A DNA stretch of 64,000 bases from Microcoleus sp. (GCA_042408215.1 JAYFMW010000017.1:384001-448000), one strand, 5' to 3'. Positions 29,971 to 40,664 are shown, counted from the first letter of the stretch. Numbers and translations are program-made. Notes: generated by a model not told the origin, from the letters alone.

Positions 29971-30327
29971 TTATGCTGATAAAATTTGGCGAATCCGACG
30001 CTCTAGAAGTTCGAGATCGAGTCCACCTTCATCGCGGCTAATGCGACGCACGGTGACGTTGACATGGCTCAAATCAGCCAACAAATCTTGGAGGATTTCC
30101 TGTTGTTGGCGAGCTTGAGTTATTTCGCGCGGTTCCTGTACCAAGTCGCGGACAATGGTGTCCTCAGCCCGCGAAGCAACGATCGGGTCTGGTTCGCCTT
30201 CTATATGCACGAAAGTGCGCCGTCCTGGCCCGCGTTCTTCTTCAATGGGGATGACTGCTGTTACTTTGTCCGATCGCACATATTTGCCAAATCCTAGATG
30301 GACTAAGACGGAAGATTGTATTTTCAT
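29971..30327 (-). CDS. Hypothetical protein (N-terminus loosely RemA/DUF370-like)
   Basis: LVHLGFGKYVRSDKVTAVIP; C-terminal coiled coil. Confidence 0.7.
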   Translation of the reverse strand: MKIQSSVLVHLGFGKYVRSDKVTAVIPIEEERGPGRRTFVHIEGEPDPIVASRAEDTIVRDLVQEPREITQARQQQEILQDLLADLSHVNVTVRRISRDEGGLDLELLERRIRQILSA

Positions 30328-30504
30328 AGATAGCAAGTTTTATTTGTAAGTTATCTATATTTTAACCTTTACACCCTGAAATAACAACTACTTTGGCAAT
30401 TATTTAGACTACAATATATGTCGGTTTTCTCTCGGCTTTATAGTTGTCAATATTGGCAAAAAATGCTAATATTGGTTGTATTCCAACAGTCTTATCTTCG
30501 CACA

Positions 30505-30850
30505 ATCCGACCGTCCTGCCGGGGTTTCAACCCCAGCCTCAAAGCTAAATTCCTCTTAAGAGGACTGAAGAATTTATTCAAAATGCTCGAAGCTGTAAAT
30601 TTAATTTCATCCAACAATGTTATTACATATCATATCTATTTCGGTGGGTTCGGAATGATTTAACCGCAGAGAACACAGAGAACACAGAGAAAGAGAAAAG
30701 AGAGCTGCATAATTCGGATGTTAACAGATTTAATATCATTCAATATCTGGGTTGAATCCAATTACTAAATAAAATACGATTCCATAGTCCTCAGAGCGAG
30801 GATTTTCTCTATGAGAGAGGGGTTGAAACCCCTGTCGGACTGTCGGAGTG
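30505..30850. repeat. Two inverted copies of a GGGGTTTCAACCCC / TCCTC..GAGGA repeat flanking (ACACAGAGA)n short repeats
   Basis: Copies at ~30505-30568 and ~30784-30848; AACCGCAGAGAACACAGAGAACACAGAG at ~30662. Confidence 0.6.
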
Positions 30851-31015
30851 TAGGAATATCTGTGGAAATCTCGGACTGTTGGTGCGCGACTGTTAGCTGA
30901 TGTGTTAACATGAAAATAGAGCAATGTGCGATCGCCCGCAACGCATTTCAGGGGTTCAGTCTACCGATTTGAGATTTGAGCGTTACTTCCACGGAAAAAC
31001 AGGAAAGCCTAAATT

Positions 31016-31177
31016 ATGCTAATTAGTCTCGACTTAGTTATCAGTCTCCTGACAGCCATTCCCTTCGGCACTATCAAAGACAAGTTTCATCGCAAGGAAA
31101 CTGTCATCACAATATTAAAAAGATTTAACCTCGACCCCGATACCCCACCAGCCGATTTTATTAGAAAATTTGGTTGA
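31016..31177 (+). pseudogene. 53-aa remnant resembling the N-terminal helical domain of cyanobacterial NACHT proteins
   Basis: Hand translation MLISLDLVISLLTAIPFGTIKDKFHRKETVITILKRFNLDPDTPPADFIRKFG; the ETVI..LK.FNLDP..PPADF motif is recognised from memory, not from a search. Confidence 0.5.
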
Positions 31178-31270
31178 TTAGCGATCGCATTTTGCGTTGC
31201 GCCGCCAACCCCCGTAGCGGACTACAAACCTGAGTGGTAAAATTGGTTAAAGACTTTAATAATTGTCAAA

Positions 31271-32251
31271 ATGCTAAGCAGCGCCTCATTGAGAAAAACC
31301 GGGTCGGGGTGGGAATTTGCAAGTGAAGAAGCGTTAGAGGATTTTGTCGAATTTCACTTGCCAAGTTTGCTCGGTTTGACAGTCATCAAGCGGCAATTCA
31401 CTGTCAACGAGCAAAGATGCGATATTATAGCGGCGGACGAGAATAAACGGTTAGTTGTGCTGGAGTTGAAAAACGCCGAAGATAGATATGTCGTTCAGCA
31501 GTTAACCCGTTATTACGATGCTTTGTTGGAATACAAACCTTTTGCCGATCGTGTGGATTACGATCGACAAGTTAGCTTAATAGCAATTGCGCCAAAATTT
31601 CACAGGGATAATTTTACAGACAGGAAGTATCACGGGCTCTTTTTTCAGTTTTTGCAATTTGCGATCGTCTTTTCTGAGGACAACTTAAATTTACAACTGA
31701 AAGATGTAGATACTGAACAGATTGCACAAGTAGAGATTACATATCAGCCAAGAGAAAGCACGGACAATATACTGACTCCACCCAGAGAGTTTCGGAATCT
31801 ACTCAAGAAGTTTATTGATGACGAACAACAGGTAATCTGGAGAATTCGGGAGAAGATTCTCGGATTTGACACCCGTATACAAGAAATAATTTGCTCTAAA
31901 AGCATTAGCTATGGTAAAGGTAAAAGTAAACTATGCGCTCAGATTTGTGTAGATAGAAGAGCTAAGGAAGGTTATATTAGACCAATACTCATGTTATGGC
32001 TACCTCTTTCCCCTTGGATCGATAACTGTAACAGGGTTGGGAGAATAGCGATTTATAATCGCAAGCTCAATGATGCTTTATCCCTTAGCAAAATAGATGA
32101 GTATTCCTATCTTCGGCACTGGCCTGTGGGTTCTCGTTATTCTGCTTCTGATGGGTCAGTTCAAACTTGGGATTTAAAACGCTATGTAACTGAGATAAGT
32201 AAGCAAAATAATGAATCTAATCCTTTGGAGTTCCTCATTAATTTATCCTGA
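31271..32251 (+). CDS. NucS/EndoMS-like PD-(D/E)xK endonuclease domain protein
   Basis: SEEALEDFV...RCDIIA...LVVLELKN...QQLTRYY motif set. Confidence 0.8.
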   Translation: MLSSASLRKTGSGWEFASEEALEDFVEFHLPSLLGLTVIKRQFTVNEQRCDIIAADENKRLVVLELKNAEDRYVVQQLTRYYDALLEYKPFADRVDYDRQVSLIAIAPKFHRDNFTDRKYHGLFFQFLQFAIVFSEDNLNLQLKDVDTEQIAQVEITYQPRESTDNILTPPREFRNLLKKFIDDEQQVIWRIREKILGFDTRIQEIICSKSISYGKGKSKLCAQICVDRRAKEGYIRPILMLWLPLSPWIDNCNRVGRIAIYNRKLNDALSLSKIDEYSYLRHWPVGSRYSASDGSVQTWDLKRYVTEISKQNNESNPLEFLINLS

Positions 32252-32445
32252 GAAAAGTGGCTAGAAAAACTTTAACGTAAGTAACAAATACGATCGCACT
32301 CCTCACCCCTTGCCAAATCGACAATCCATCTGCGTCTATCTGCGTGCATCTGCGGTTAAAAACATCCAATCAATAGCTTGGCAACAAATCAAATTACCTA
32401 ATATTGTATAATTGAATAATTTACCGCACGGATCGATCCGCCAGC

Positions 32446-32667
32446 TTATTTCTTGGATACCACGTTTTCTTTCGTAATTCTAATCAGAAATCGCAGGGCT
32501 TCATTCACGGCTTCAGAATCGGGAAACATCTCTGCCACATCCGGTTCTAAACGAATATTTACACCACCAAAGGTCTTTCGTCCAGATCCTACCCTTCTTA
32601 CACGCAACTTGCTCAAATCATATTCCGATCGCAGTTCATCCTCCATCCCTGTTTCATCCTTCTTCAT
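32446..32667 (-). CDS. BrnA-type antitoxin
   Basis: DELRSEYDLS...IRLEPDVAEMFPDSEAVNEALRFLI; overlaps the toxin stop. Confidence 0.8.
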   Translation of the reverse strand: MKKDETGMEDELRSEYDLSKLRVRRVGSGRKTFGGVNIRLEPDVAEMFPDSEAVNEALRFLIRITKENVVSKK

Positions 32668-32926
32668 AAACTTCTCGCTCCATTCGTGTTACTTTTCTGG
32701 CGCTAATCAAACGAATAATATCTCCTCTTTCAGTATACGACACTATCAATAAATGACCAGGCTGGGACTCTCCAACAATAATATAGCGCTCTTCTTCATC
32801 AGAGCGATCTGGATCGTAGAAATCGACATAGAGGGGAGCGTCAAAAACCGTTCTCGCTTCCTCAAATGAGATTCCATGCTTGGAAAAATTTAACGCAGCC
32901 TTGTTTTCATCCCACTCGAATTTCAT
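32654..32926 (-). CDS. brnT: BrnT family toxin
   Basis: MKFEWDENKA..N..KHGISFEEA..VF...IRLISARK. Confidence 0.9.
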   Translation of the reverse strand: MKFEWDENKAALNFSKHGISFEEARTVFDAPLYVDFYDPDRSDEEERYIIVGESQPGHLLIVSYTERGDIIRLISARKVTRMEREVYEEG

Positions 32927-32989
32927 AAAGATCCAAAATCAGCATCTTTGATATAATATTACACCTATAAACCAAAACATCAAATTATC

Positions 32990-33628
32990 ATGGCACAAAC
33001 AGTCTGGATCGCACGACACGGAAACCGCATCGACTTCGTTAACCCCGACTGGTTTCTCACCGCAGAACAACCCTATGACCCCCATCTTTCCGCAGATGGC
33101 CACATTCAAGCAAAACAACTAGCCAATCGCCTTAAAGGTGCAGGAATTTCTCACATTTTCGCCTCCCCTTTTCTGCGAACAGTCCAAACAGCCAACTACG
33201 CAGCCGAAGCTCTGGATTTGCCACTTAAACTAGAGTGGGGATTGTGCGAATGGCTGAATCCTGAATGGATGCCGGCAATGCCAGAAACTATGTCTGTCGA
33301 GGCTTTGTGTCAGCGTTTCCCTCGGATTGACCCCTCCTACACAGGGGCACTCCCTAAGTACCCAGAAACAGCGGAATCTTGCCTCAAAAGGGCCGGGGAT
33401 ACTGCTAAACGTCTGGCGGCTGAGTTTCCACAGGATATACTGTTAGTGGGTCATGGTGCGTCGGTTTTAGGGACTGCGATCGGGCTTTCCGGTGCTGTGG
33501 AAACGGAAATTAATGCTTCTTTGTGTTGTTTGGTGAAAGTGGTGTGGCAAAATGGGGAATGGTCGATCGAACTTAATGGCGATACTTCTCACCTCACGGA
33601 TACTGAAACCACGATCCGGTTTAATTAG
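32990..33628 (+). CDS. Histidine phosphatase (phosphoglycerate mutase-like) family protein
   Basis: IARHG, SPFLRTVQTA, LVGHG motifs. Confidence 0.9.
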   Translation: MAQTVWIARHGNRIDFVNPDWFLTAEQPYDPHLSADGHIQAKQLANRLKGAGISHIFASPFLRTVQTANYAAEALDLPLKLEWGLCEWLNPEWMPAMPETMSVEALCQRFPRIDPSYTGALPKYPETAESCLKRAGDTAKRLAAEFPQDILLVGHGASVLGTAIGLSGAVETEINASLCCLVKVVWQNGEWSIELNGDTSHLTDTETTIRFN

Positions 33629-33704
33629 AAGTTAGAGTTGAGTAAATCTCAAATCTCCAATCGGCTGACTACTGAATATTGACTATTGACTCAGAACAAT
33701 TGAT

Positions 33705-34475
33705 ATGGCTGGACATAGTAAGTGGGCGAATATTAAGCGCCAAAAAGCTAGAGTTGATGCTGTTAAAGGCAAAGTCTTTACCAAAATATCTCGCGAAATT
33801 ATTGTAGCAGCCCGCAGCGGAGTGCCCGATCCGGCTGGCAATTTTCAACTGCGGACGGCTATTGACAAAGCGAAGGCGGCGGGTATTCCTAATGATAATA
33901 TCGATCGGGCGATCGCCAAAGGTGCCGGCAAATTAGGCGGGTATTCCGAGTTAGAATCTATCCGCTACGAGGGTTACGGAGTTGGGGGCGTAGCTATTCT
34001 GATTGAAGTGCTGACAGACAACCGTAACCGCATGGCGGCTGACTTGCGAGAAGCTTTTACTAAAAATGGCGGCAACCTTGGCGAAACTGGTTGCGTCGGC
34101 TGGATGTTCGACCAAAAAGGGGTTTGTACGGTACGCGGTGCCATCGAGGAAGAACAGTTGTTTGAAGCGTCGCTAGAAGCCGAAGCCGAATCTTATGAAT
34201 TGATCTCAATTGATGAAAATGATGCAGGTGCAGAGGTATTTACAAATGTCGCTAAGTTGGAAAATCTGGCTCAGGTTTTGACAGCTCAAGGTTTTGCAGT
34301 TATCCAGTCAGAAACTCGCTGGATTCCCAGCAATACAGTAGAAATGGACAATCCTGAAAAAGTGCGATCGCTCCTCAAGTTAATGGACGCACTGGAAGAT
34401 TTGGATGATGTGCAAAGTGTGACAGCTAATTTTGAAATGGCAGAGGAATTGATGTTATTAGTCAGTAGTCATTAG
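33705..34475 (+). CDS. yebC: YebC/PmpR family protein
   Basis: MAGHSKWANIKRQK, YEGYG.GGVA, TDNRNR, LEDLDDVQ.V..N. Confidence 0.95.
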   Translation: MAGHSKWANIKRQKARVDAVKGKVFTKISREIIVAARSGVPDPAGNFQLRTAIDKAKAAGIPNDNIDRAIAKGAGKLGGYSELESIRYEGYGVGGVAILIEVLTDNRNRMAADLREAFTKNGGNLGETGCVGWMFDQKGVCTVRGAIEEEQLFEASLEAEAESYELISIDENDAGAEVFTNVAKLENLAQVLTAQGFAVIQSETRWIPSNTVEMDNPEKVRSLLKLMDALEDLDDVQSVTANFEMAEELMLLVSSH

Positions 34476-35404
34476 TCATTGGTCATTAGTCAGCAGTCAT
34501 TAGTCATTGGTCATTGGTCATTAGTCATTAGTCATTAGTCATTGGTCATTAGTCATTGGTCATTGGTCATTGGTCATTAGTCATTAGTCATTAGTCATTG
34601 GTCATTAGTCATTAGTCGTCATTAGTCATTGGTCATTAGTCATTAGTCATTAGTCGTCATTAGTCATTAGTCATTGGTCATTAGTCATTAGTCAGCAGTC
34701 ATTAGTCATTGGTAATTAGTCATTGGTCATTAGTCATTAGTCATTGGTCATTAGTCAGCAGTCATTAGTCATTAGCTAAGAGTTAAGGATTGAGAACTAA
34801 GAAATACAGAAGTTATTAGCTTTTAATTAAAACGTTATTTGCTAACAACTCAATACCAATGACCAATTATTAATGCCCAATTATTAATGCCCAATTATTA
34901 ATGCCCAATTATTAATGCCCAATGCCCAATGCCCAATGACCAATGACTACTGACCAATGACTACTGACTAAGGACTACTGACTAAGGACTACTGACTAAG
35001 GACTACTGACTAAGGACTAAGGACTACTGACTAAGGACTACTGACTAAGGACTAAGGACTACTGACTAAGGACTACTGACTAAGGACTACTGACTAATGA
35101 CCAATGACTACTGACTAAGGACTACTGACTAATGACTAATGACCAATGACTACTGACTAAGGACTACTGACTAATGACTACTGACTAAGGACTACTGACT
35201 AAGGACTACTGACTAATGACTAATGACCAATGACTACTGACTAAGGACTACTGACTAATGACTAATGACTACTGACTAAGGACTACTGACTAATGACTAC
35301 TGACTAAGGACTACTGACTAAGGACTACTGACTAAGGACTACTGACTAAGGACTACTGACTAAGGACTACTGACTAAGGACTACTGACTACTGACTACTG
35401 ACTA
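34458..35404. repeat. Very long mirror-image STRR array: (TTAGTCA/TTGGTCA)n, spacer, then (TGACTAAGGACTAC/TGACCAA)n
   Basis: Left arm ~34458-34775, right arm ~34853-35404, between convergent genes. Confidence 0.95.
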
Positions 35405-37273
35405 ATCTTTCCGACCAATTAGCAAATAAGTAATCATGTATCCCTTACCCTTAACTTGAATAGCACCTCGCCTCTCAAAATTGTATTTATCCTTTAAGAG
35501 CTCGTAAGTTTCTGTGGTTACTTGAATGCAGCCGGTAATCCCGTGAGATTCCATGCGCGAAGCAATATTTACAGTGTCTCCCCACAAGTCGTAAATAAAC
35601 TTTTTGAGGCCGATGACGCCTGCGACTACTGGGCCTGTGTTAATCCCGATGCGAATGCTGAAAGGTTCCTCATGAGTTACGCTGAGACGGCGAATTTCTA
35701 GCAGCATATCGATCGCCATTGCTGCGATCGCCTCGGCGTGATCCGATCGAGGTGTAGGTAAACCGCCGACAACCATATAAGCATCACCAATAGTTTTAAT
35801 TTTCTCTAAACCGTGGCGATCGGCCAAGTGGTCAAAAGCCGAAAAAATATCGTTGAGCACTTTCACCACCGCAGTAGCTGAAATTCTCGACGAAAGCTCT
35901 GTAAACCCCACAATATCGGCAAACATCACAGTCACTTCGCCAAAACTCTCGGCAATATTGTTTTCGTTGTGCTTCAAACGCAGCGCAATCGCTGCGGGCA
36001 GAACATTTAGCAGCAGTTGTTCCGACTTAGCTTGCTCTGCTTTCAACTGTTGGTAAGCATCCTGCAATTCTTCGGCTTGGCGAGCTCTGTCTCTGGCTAG
36101 CTTTTCGATTTGAGCAGTGCGGCTCAAGGCTGTCAACATATAAGTGACGGGAATCAGAGTCCACAGCATCCCCATCGTGAGAGTTCCCCAAGAGCGCCAG
36201 TGTTTCCGAGTTTTGCGAATTTCCGGCGTTGCTGCGACATAGAGAAACCACTGGCGGCCACTAATTTTGAGGCTCCTCCTACAAGCTGTATACTGCGGGC
36301 CTGGATTCTCTTCAATCGGGCAGTTTGTCCTTGCTTGCTGTTCAACATTAGCTGGAATTGAAAACACTTGTTGGTTGGCGGATTTAAACAGCATCCCAAA
36401 GGGATGAATTTGTCGATCGGCAGCTAGATTTTTGAGAACGGGGTCCCCCATTGGCCGTGAAAGCGGTGATGCTGCTGGGCGCTCTGGTGGCTCGCTGGTG
36501 AGATAAATTTGGAGGTACTCGGTATTGCGCCCTTTTAAAGAGGCTTGAAAAATATCTTTGCCTCGAAATATGCCCAGAACAAATCCTTGGAGTAGTTCCC
36601 GGCGGGATTGTACGGTAATTGGTTGGGCGCTGTTTTCGTAAATCGGGACTATTGCCAACAGACCGGGTGCTATGGGACGATGTTCAATTAAGCCGACGTA
36701 GTCGGTGACAATCATTTCTCCTGTATCGCGGCTGCGATCGAGTGCGGCGCGAAGATCTGGGTGGGAGGCGAGGTCAAAGCCTAACGCTGTCTCGTTTCCG
36801 GCTGTGGGCTCCACGTAGTATGCGGGGAAGTATTCGGAACGCTGGCCGGCTGGGCGTAGTTCTCCTTGGGGGCCGCGTTCTGTAATCTCGAAGCTGGGGT
36901 TAGTTTGGGTTTTGGCTTTGGCTTCGTAGTCTCCGCGTTCGGAAGTGGTGATGCGGGGAACCCAAGCGAGGAGTTGCAGGCTGGGGTGGACGGAGAGGGG
37001 ACGCCCTACGAATCGGGCAAAGGAAGAAGGCTCGACGACGCTGAAGGCTTTCATGTAGTCGCTGAGGGCGAGAACTGTGTCTAAGTCGGAGTTTAGCTGG
37101 CGTTCGATTCCGATCGAAATGTCGTCAATGCGACGGTGCATTTCGTAGTCGCGACGCTTGTCTTCCCAGTCCCATACAACTACGAATGTCAATATAGACA
37201 ACCCGACGCCCAAAGTCAGTGTCAAGCAGGCTGGAATGTAGCGAGACCAGGGTAAAGGTAATTTTTTAAACAT
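35402..37273 (-). CDS. CHASE-domain adenylate/guanylate cyclase (class III)
   Basis: TM-CHASE-TM; VMFADIVGFT, EKIKTIGDAYM, IYDLWGDTVNIASRMES (Lys/Asp pair suggests ATP specificity). Confidence 0.93.
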   Translation of the reverse strand: MFKKLPLPWSRYIPACLTLTLGVGLSILTFVVVWDWEDKRRDYEMHRRIDDISIGIERQLNSDLDTVLALSDYMKAFSVVEPSSFARFVGRPLSVHPSLQLLAWVPRITTSERGDYEAKAKTQTNPSFEITERGPQGELRPAGQRSEYFPAYYVEPTAGNETALGFDLASHPDLRAALDRSRDTGEMIVTDYVGLIEHRPIAPGLLAIVPIYENSAQPITVQSRRELLQGFVLGIFRGKDIFQASLKGRNTEYLQIYLTSEPPERPAASPLSRPMGDPVLKNLAADRQIHPFGMLFKSANQQVFSIPANVEQQARTNCPIEENPGPQYTACRRSLKISGRQWFLYVAATPEIRKTRKHWRSWGTLTMGMLWTLIPVTYMLTALSRTAQIEKLARDRARQAEELQDAYQQLKAEQAKSEQLLLNVLPAAIALRLKHNENNIAESFGEVTVMFADIVGFTELSSRISATAVVKVLNDIFSAFDHLADRHGLEKIKTIGDAYMVVGGLPTPRSDHAEAIAAMAIDMLLEIRRLSVTHEEPFSIRIGINTGPVVAGVIGLKKFIYDLWGDTVNIASRMESHGITGCIQVTTETYELLKDKYNFERRGAIQVKGKGYMITYLLIGRKD

Positions 37274-37486
37274 ATAGCAGAAGGCAGAAGTAAGTTCAGC
37301 AACGGATTCTGTAACGGATGTAACGGATTCAAGGAAGAAGTCGATGCGATCGGGTAATTCCCCGCAAACGTTTCAGCCATTGATAACGTCCGGTGGTACC
37401 TGGTTGGTTGCTATAAAAACTCTGATAAATCCACCACAAAGGGCGATCGTCCATTCTTGAATAAACCTCAGTCCGATTTTCCTCTT

Positions 37487-40402
37487 TTATACCGGAATTT
37501 CAATCCAGAACTCAGCTCCCTGTCCGGGTGCTGAGATGCAGCGCAGAGTTCCCTGATGTTTTTCTACCACAATCTGATAGCTGATAGACAATCCCAGGCC
37601 TGTCCCCGATCCTACTGGTTTGGTGGTGAAAAAGGGGTCAAACAGCCGCTTGCGGATGTCTGCTGTCATTCCCGGCCCGCTGTCGGCTATGCAAATAACG
37701 ACCCGATCGCACTGACTGATGGCGCTGTCACTCTTAGCCTTCAACCCTGCTTTTTTTAGTTGGGTGCGAATGGCGATCATCCGAGGTTGCTGTTGGTTTT
37801 GTAGGGCGTCGATCGCATTGCTAAGAATGTTGAGAAATACCTGGTTTAACTGGCCAGCACAGCAATTAACTTTAGATATCTCTCCGTATTCTTTAACTAT
37901 TTCAATCCGGTTTTTTTGACTATCCTGATTCAATCTGTGCTGCAAAATTAACAGGGTGCTTTCAATACCTTCGTGAAGGTCTGCCAACTTCATTTCCGCT
38001 TCATCCAGTCGCGCAAAATTTCGCAGCGATAAAACTATTTTACTAATTCTTTTTACTCCCATCATCATCGAGTCTAGCATCTTTGGCAAGTCAGATTTCA
38101 GATATTCTAACTCTAATTCCTCAATTTTTTCTGTAATCTGAGGTTCTGGGGCTGGGTAACAGCGCTGGTAGAGATTCAAGAGTTCTATTAAGTCACGAAA
38201 GTAGTGTTCTGCGTGAGAAATATTACCCTGAATAAAGGTGGCGGGATTGTTAATTTCGTGGGCAATTCCAGCCACCATCTGACCGAGGCTAGACATTTTT
38301 TCTGAGTGAACTAATTGGGTTTGGGTTTGTTGGAGTTGTTCGTAGGCTTGTTGCAATTGGGCTGCTTGTTTTCTCAATTGAAATGCAGAGGCTTGAAGTG
38401 CGGCTTCTGAAATTTTGCGATGAGTAATATTTTCAATCATCCCTAAGTTGTAAATTGGCTTTCCCTCGCCGTCTCGAATCAGAGTACCTGTCACGTTAGC
38501 CCAGACAATCTTACCTGTTCCTGTGATCAGACGTTTTTCGACCTGATAGCTCCGAATTTCTTGTCGCTCAAGAGCTAAAGCCCCTTGCATATTTTGTTCA
38601 ATATCTTCGGGATGCACTAGGTCTATAAATGTTTTTCCCAACAATTCAGATTCGGTATATCCCAGCATTTCGCAGTAAGCTTTATTCACTTGGACTAGCT
38701 GGCGATTCTCTAAATTGGCTAAGTCAATTCCAATGGGAGCATCTTCAAATATTTTGCGAAACACTTCTTCGCTAGCATGGACTTTTGCTTCGAGAGCAAG
38801 TCGATCTGTGATATCTTCAAAAGTACACAAAATGCCGACAACATTGCCGTGGTTGTCGTGGAGGGGTATTTTATTTTTATCCAGCCAGCGCTGGGTGCCG
38901 TCGGCTTGCAGTTGGGATTCTATGATGTGATATTTTGGGGTATTGGTCTCCATGACCTGACGGTCGCAAGCTCGAATAAATTCTGTTTCTTCTGGCTGCC
39001 AAGGCAGCTCGAAGTCGGTGAGACCAGGGATTTGATTAGGGTGATTTAAACCTGCTACTTTGGCAAAGTTTTGGTTGCCTCCTAAATAAACTAAATCTCG
39101 ATCTTTCCAAGCAATCAACTGAGGGATGTTGTTGATTACTAACCACAGCATTTTTTGGGTTCTTTGCAATGCTTGCGTCCGCTCTAGTACCCGCTTTTCT
39201 AGTTCTTGATTAGCTTGTATTAACGCGGCTTTTGACTCGCCGAGGGCGATTTCTGCTTGTTTGCGATCGCTGATATCTAGGATCATTCCATCCCAAAGTA
39301 TATCGCCGCCTGATTGCTTTTCTGGGCGAGCAATTCCCCGAATCCATTTAATTTTACCTGATTTGGTGACGAGCCGCCCTTCATATTTCCAAGGTTCTAA
39401 AGTTTGGGCTGAAATGGCTACGGATTTTGACAGGAATTTTACGTCATCTGGATGAACTGCCGACCACATTGAATCGGCTTTTTTTTCAATTTCTTCTACT
39501 TCTAATTCGGACAATTCTCTACAGCCAGGACTGACATAAATAAAATTATAGGAACCGTCAGGATGCAGCAATAATTGATAAATCATTCCCGGTACGTTGG
39601 CGGCTAATTTCTGGAATTTAGCTTCGCTGGCCACTCGTGCTGCTTCTGCTTCTACGCGATCGGTGATATCGTAAAATGCCGATAAGATTGCTTCTTTACC
39701 GTTAAAATGAATTAACCGCATCGATATTTTTGCCCAAAACAGACTGCCGTTTGCTTTCTTGAGGCAGATTTGTTCACGATCGCTAAAGCCGTTTTCTTTG
39801 ACTGATGCTAGTAATTGTTGGCGATCGCTGACATTGGCATAAAACTCGATTTTTTTGCAACCGACAAGTTGTTCGGAACTTAAACCGAAAGTTTGGCCAA
39901 GGACGGGATTTGCATACAAAATAACGCTGTCTTCCACCCTGGTGATTAACAAGGGAACGGGAGTCGCGCTGGCGATCGCCCGCAATCGTTCTTCACTTTC
40001 TGCTAGGGCTGTTTCCGCTGCTACTCTTTCGGTGATATCATTTTGAACTCCGATAAAGTGAGTGAGCTGGCCGCTCGCATCTCGCACCGGGGAGACGGTG
40101 AGTTCATTCCAAAAAGGAGTTTTGTCCTTGCGGTAATTTTTGAGAACTACTGTAATTTCTGTGCCTGCTTCCAAGCTGCTGCGGAGTTTGCTTAATTGGG
40201 CGCGATCGGTATCTGGGCCTTGTAAAAATCGGCAGTTGCGCCCAAGGACTTCATCGCGGCTGTAACCGCTGAGTTTCTCAAAACCAGGATTGCAGTAGAT
40301 AATTGGTCGATCGGGATCGCCAGCATCGACAATTATGATGCCGTTACTAGACGCTGCGATCGCTCGTTCTAGGAGAGACAGGTGGAAAGAATCTGTTGTC
40401 AT
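37487..40402 (-). CDS. LOV/PAS multi-sensor histidine kinase
   Basis: LOV signature GRNCRFLQG; further PAS domains; AHEINNP; DPFFTTKPVGSGTGLGL. ATG at 40402 chosen because the upstream extension is STRR-derived. Confidence 0.92.
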   Translation of the reverse strand: MTTDSFHLSLLERAIAASSNGIIIVDAGDPDRPIIYCNPGFEKLSGYSRDEVLGRNCRFLQGPDTDRAQLSKLRSSLEAGTEITVVLKNYRKDKTPFWNELTVSPVRDASGQLTHFIGVQNDITERVAAETALAESEERLRAIASATPVPLLITRVEDSVILYANPVLGQTFGLSSEQLVGCKKIEFYANVSDRQQLLASVKENGFSDREQICLKKANGSLFWAKISMRLIHFNGKEAILSAFYDITDRVEAEAARVASEAKFQKLAANVPGMIYQLLLHPDGSYNFIYVSPGCRELSELEVEEIEKKADSMWSAVHPDDVKFLSKSVAISAQTLEPWKYEGRLVTKSGKIKWIRGIARPEKQSGGDILWDGMILDISDRKQAEIALGESKAALIQANQELEKRVLERTQALQRTQKMLWLVINNIPQLIAWKDRDLVYLGGNQNFAKVAGLNHPNQIPGLTDFELPWQPEETEFIRACDRQVMETNTPKYHIIESQLQADGTQRWLDKNKIPLHDNHGNVVGILCTFEDITDRLALEAKVHASEEVFRKIFEDAPIGIDLANLENRQLVQVNKAYCEMLGYTESELLGKTFIDLVHPEDIEQNMQGALALERQEIRSYQVEKRLITGTGKIVWANVTGTLIRDGEGKPIYNLGMIENITHRKISEAALQASAFQLRKQAAQLQQAYEQLQQTQTQLVHSEKMSSLGQMVAGIAHEINNPATFIQGNISHAEHYFRDLIELLNLYQRCYPAPEPQITEKIEELELEYLKSDLPKMLDSMMMGVKRISKIVLSLRNFARLDEAEMKLADLHEGIESTLLILQHRLNQDSQKNRIEIVKEYGEISKVNCCAGQLNQVFLNILSNAIDALQNQQQPRMIAIRTQLKKAGLKAKSDSAISQCDRVVICIADSGPGMTADIRKRLFDPFFTTKPVGSGTGLGLSISYQIVVEKHQGTLRCISAPGQGAEFWIEIPV

Positions 40403-40499
40403 CCGATTTGAGATTTGAGATTTGAGATTTGAGATTATGGAATTGGTCAAGAGGATAAATATGTTTATTTGAATTTTAACATTGTTAACAAAATCAGTA

Positions 40500-40664
40500 T
40501 ACCAACCTCAAAAAATAGCTGTAGGGTGCGTCGCCCTTGTTTAATCTTAAAAAAAAATCGACTATCTCGCAGCGACGCACCCTACAAACAGGGTTGAGAA
40601 AACAACCCTCCGTTGCACCTCGCCCAACACTCATCATTGTTGCAAAACGAGGCGAGAATTGGTA
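40500..40664. mobile_element. MITE with TACCAA...TTGGTA ends carrying an inverted REP pair
   Basis: Ends TACCAACCTC / GAGAATTGGTA; internal GTAGGGTGCGTCGC...GCGACGCACCCTAC. Confidence 0.65.
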
